DNA of 64,000 bases from Callorhinchus milii. Taxonomy: Eukaryota. The translations under genes were made by a program, and so were the position numbers. The notes beneath the pieces are model-generated. The model was not told where the DNA came from. It was given only the letters and a program-made list of their open reading frames with translations, and searched no databases. Shown piece after piece: positions 62,448 through 64,000 of the stretch (position 1 is its first letter; each line of letters begins with the position of its first letter). The stretch spans positions 15,812,001-15,876,000 of the forward strand of contig NW_024704743.1 of the NCBI RefSeq assembly GCF_018977255.1, read 5' to 3'.

Positions 62448-62789
62448 AAACTACTCTAGAAGTTGTTATTCCCTTGTCTGTATTTGACATTTGTAATGCT
62501 CATACGTTTTGGAATAAAAAAATACAACTTTTAATCTGGATTCTTTTACCACTTACTCTTAGACAGACTATTTGTGGTTAATGTGTGTTCATCAATTTCG
62601 GTTCAAGTTGTACCTCAAAAAAATAAAATTACTTCTTAATTACTTGTTCACCTCATGGTTACTTGTGAGACCTTGCTGCCGTGTTTGCCTATACAAATAG
62701 CCACCATGCTTTCCAGTAATCACTTGTGAAATACTTTGAGATGCTTTAACCTGCTAAGGCAGTATAAAAATGCAGGTTCTTTCTTTCAG

Positions 62790-63921
62790 CGTCAACTTTC
62801 AAGGTTCTGTCCTTGACTGGTTCAGGTCCTACCTTTCACACCGCCTCCACTTCATCTCTGCAAACGCCCTCTCCTCCAGCCCCTGCACCATCTCATGCAG
62901 CTTTCCTCAGGGCTCTGTCCTCGGTCCCCTACTCTTTACCCTCTACATGCTCTCCCTTGCTGACATCATCTGCAGATAGGGGGTAAATTTCCACATGTAT
63001 GCGGATGACCCCCAACTCTGTCTCTCTGCTTCCACCCTCAACTCTGGGACTACTGGTGTCCTGAGCAACTGCCTGTCCGACATCAAGTTCTGGACGAGGG
63101 ACAACTTGCTCCAACTGAACGCCACCTCGGGCGCTAGCAGCATCAGCCTCCACGGCTGTACACTCAACCTCACTAAACCAGTCAGGAACCTGGGTGTCTT
63201 GTTTGACTCTGAACTGTGCTTTCTGCCCCACATCCGCACTATGACCGGCAGTGCCTACCACCACCTTCGCTACATTGCCAGACTCCGTCACTGCCTCACC
63301 CCTCAGGCTGCCAAAACCCTCACCCACGCATTCATCATATCAAGGCTCGATTATGGAAACCCCCTCCTCATCGGCCTTCCCAACTCTTCCGTTCATCCAA
63401 AACTCTGCAGCTCATGTACTCTCGCGCACCAGGCTCCGTGACCCCATCGCTCCCACCCTTACCTGACTCCACTGGCTCCCCATCCCCCAGAGGATTGAAT
63501 TCAAAATCCTCGTCCTCACTTTCAAGGCCATCTATGGCCTTGCCCCCTTCTACCTCTCTGACCCGCTGACTCCCTTCCAACCTGCCCACTCCCTTCGTTC
63601 AGCGGACTCCGGCCAGTTCCATGGCTCCTGCCTGACCTGCCCTACCATCGGTGGCTGGGATTTCAGCCTCTCTAACCCACACTCTGGAACTCCATCCCAC
63701 AGTCCCTTCACCTCGCTTCCTCCCTCACCTCGTTCAAAGCTGGTCTCAAGACCCTCCTCTTCAATCATACCTTCAGGCGCCCTCCCACCTCTCTGCCTTC
63801 CCTCAACCCTCTCCCAACCCTCCCCCCTGCTCGGGTCCTGACCCCTGACTGTCCAGCGCCTTGGGACGTCCTCTCGATGTGAAAGGCGCTCTATAAATGT
63901 AATTTTGTTGTTGTTGTTGTT
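62790..63921 (+). mobile_element. L2 LINE, 5'-truncated
   Basis: [27 protein letters not shown], tail cagcgccttgggacgtcc...aaaggcgct...(TTG)n. Confidence 0.95.
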
Positions 63922-64000
63922 TTATATTCCTACATTAATAGTCTTTTAATAGGTTTTTTTGGAACAAAATTGAGTCAACATTAAACGGTTTAAAAGAATT

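Noticed and set aside
1..64000. CRISPR arrays, operons or prokaryotic/viral systems
   Set aside because: No regularly spaced repeats or dense ORFs; the sequence is vertebrate intronic and intergenic DNA.

Overview
Repeat-rich vertebrate genomic DNA, most likely from a cartilaginous fish. The repeat repertoire (tRNA-derived SINEs with L2-type tails, Deu-domain SINEs, L2 and CR1 LINEs, Penelope remnants) suggests a chimaera; the taxon is an inference. The only host gene I can support is the 3' end of SUGCT (succinyl-CoA:glutarate CoA-transferase, CoA-transferase family III) on the minus strand. It appears as a 64-nt penultimate exon (50089-50152) and a terminal coding exon (10959-11122), separated by a ~39-kb phase-1 intron; the ORF track misses both. 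The ORF-track entries are LINE fragments or chance ORFs. The most unusual signals are: (1) an unclassified ~400-450-bp hairpin-rich, A-tailed repeat in six copies, whose 5' end can fold into a ribozyme-like pseudoknot; (2) a SINE/L2 partnership with a compensatory base-pair change in the shared 3' stem-loop; (3) a compound non-autonomous Helitron with two 5' ends; and (4) several MITE/foldback relics. Repeat boundaries were read by eye and are approximate.
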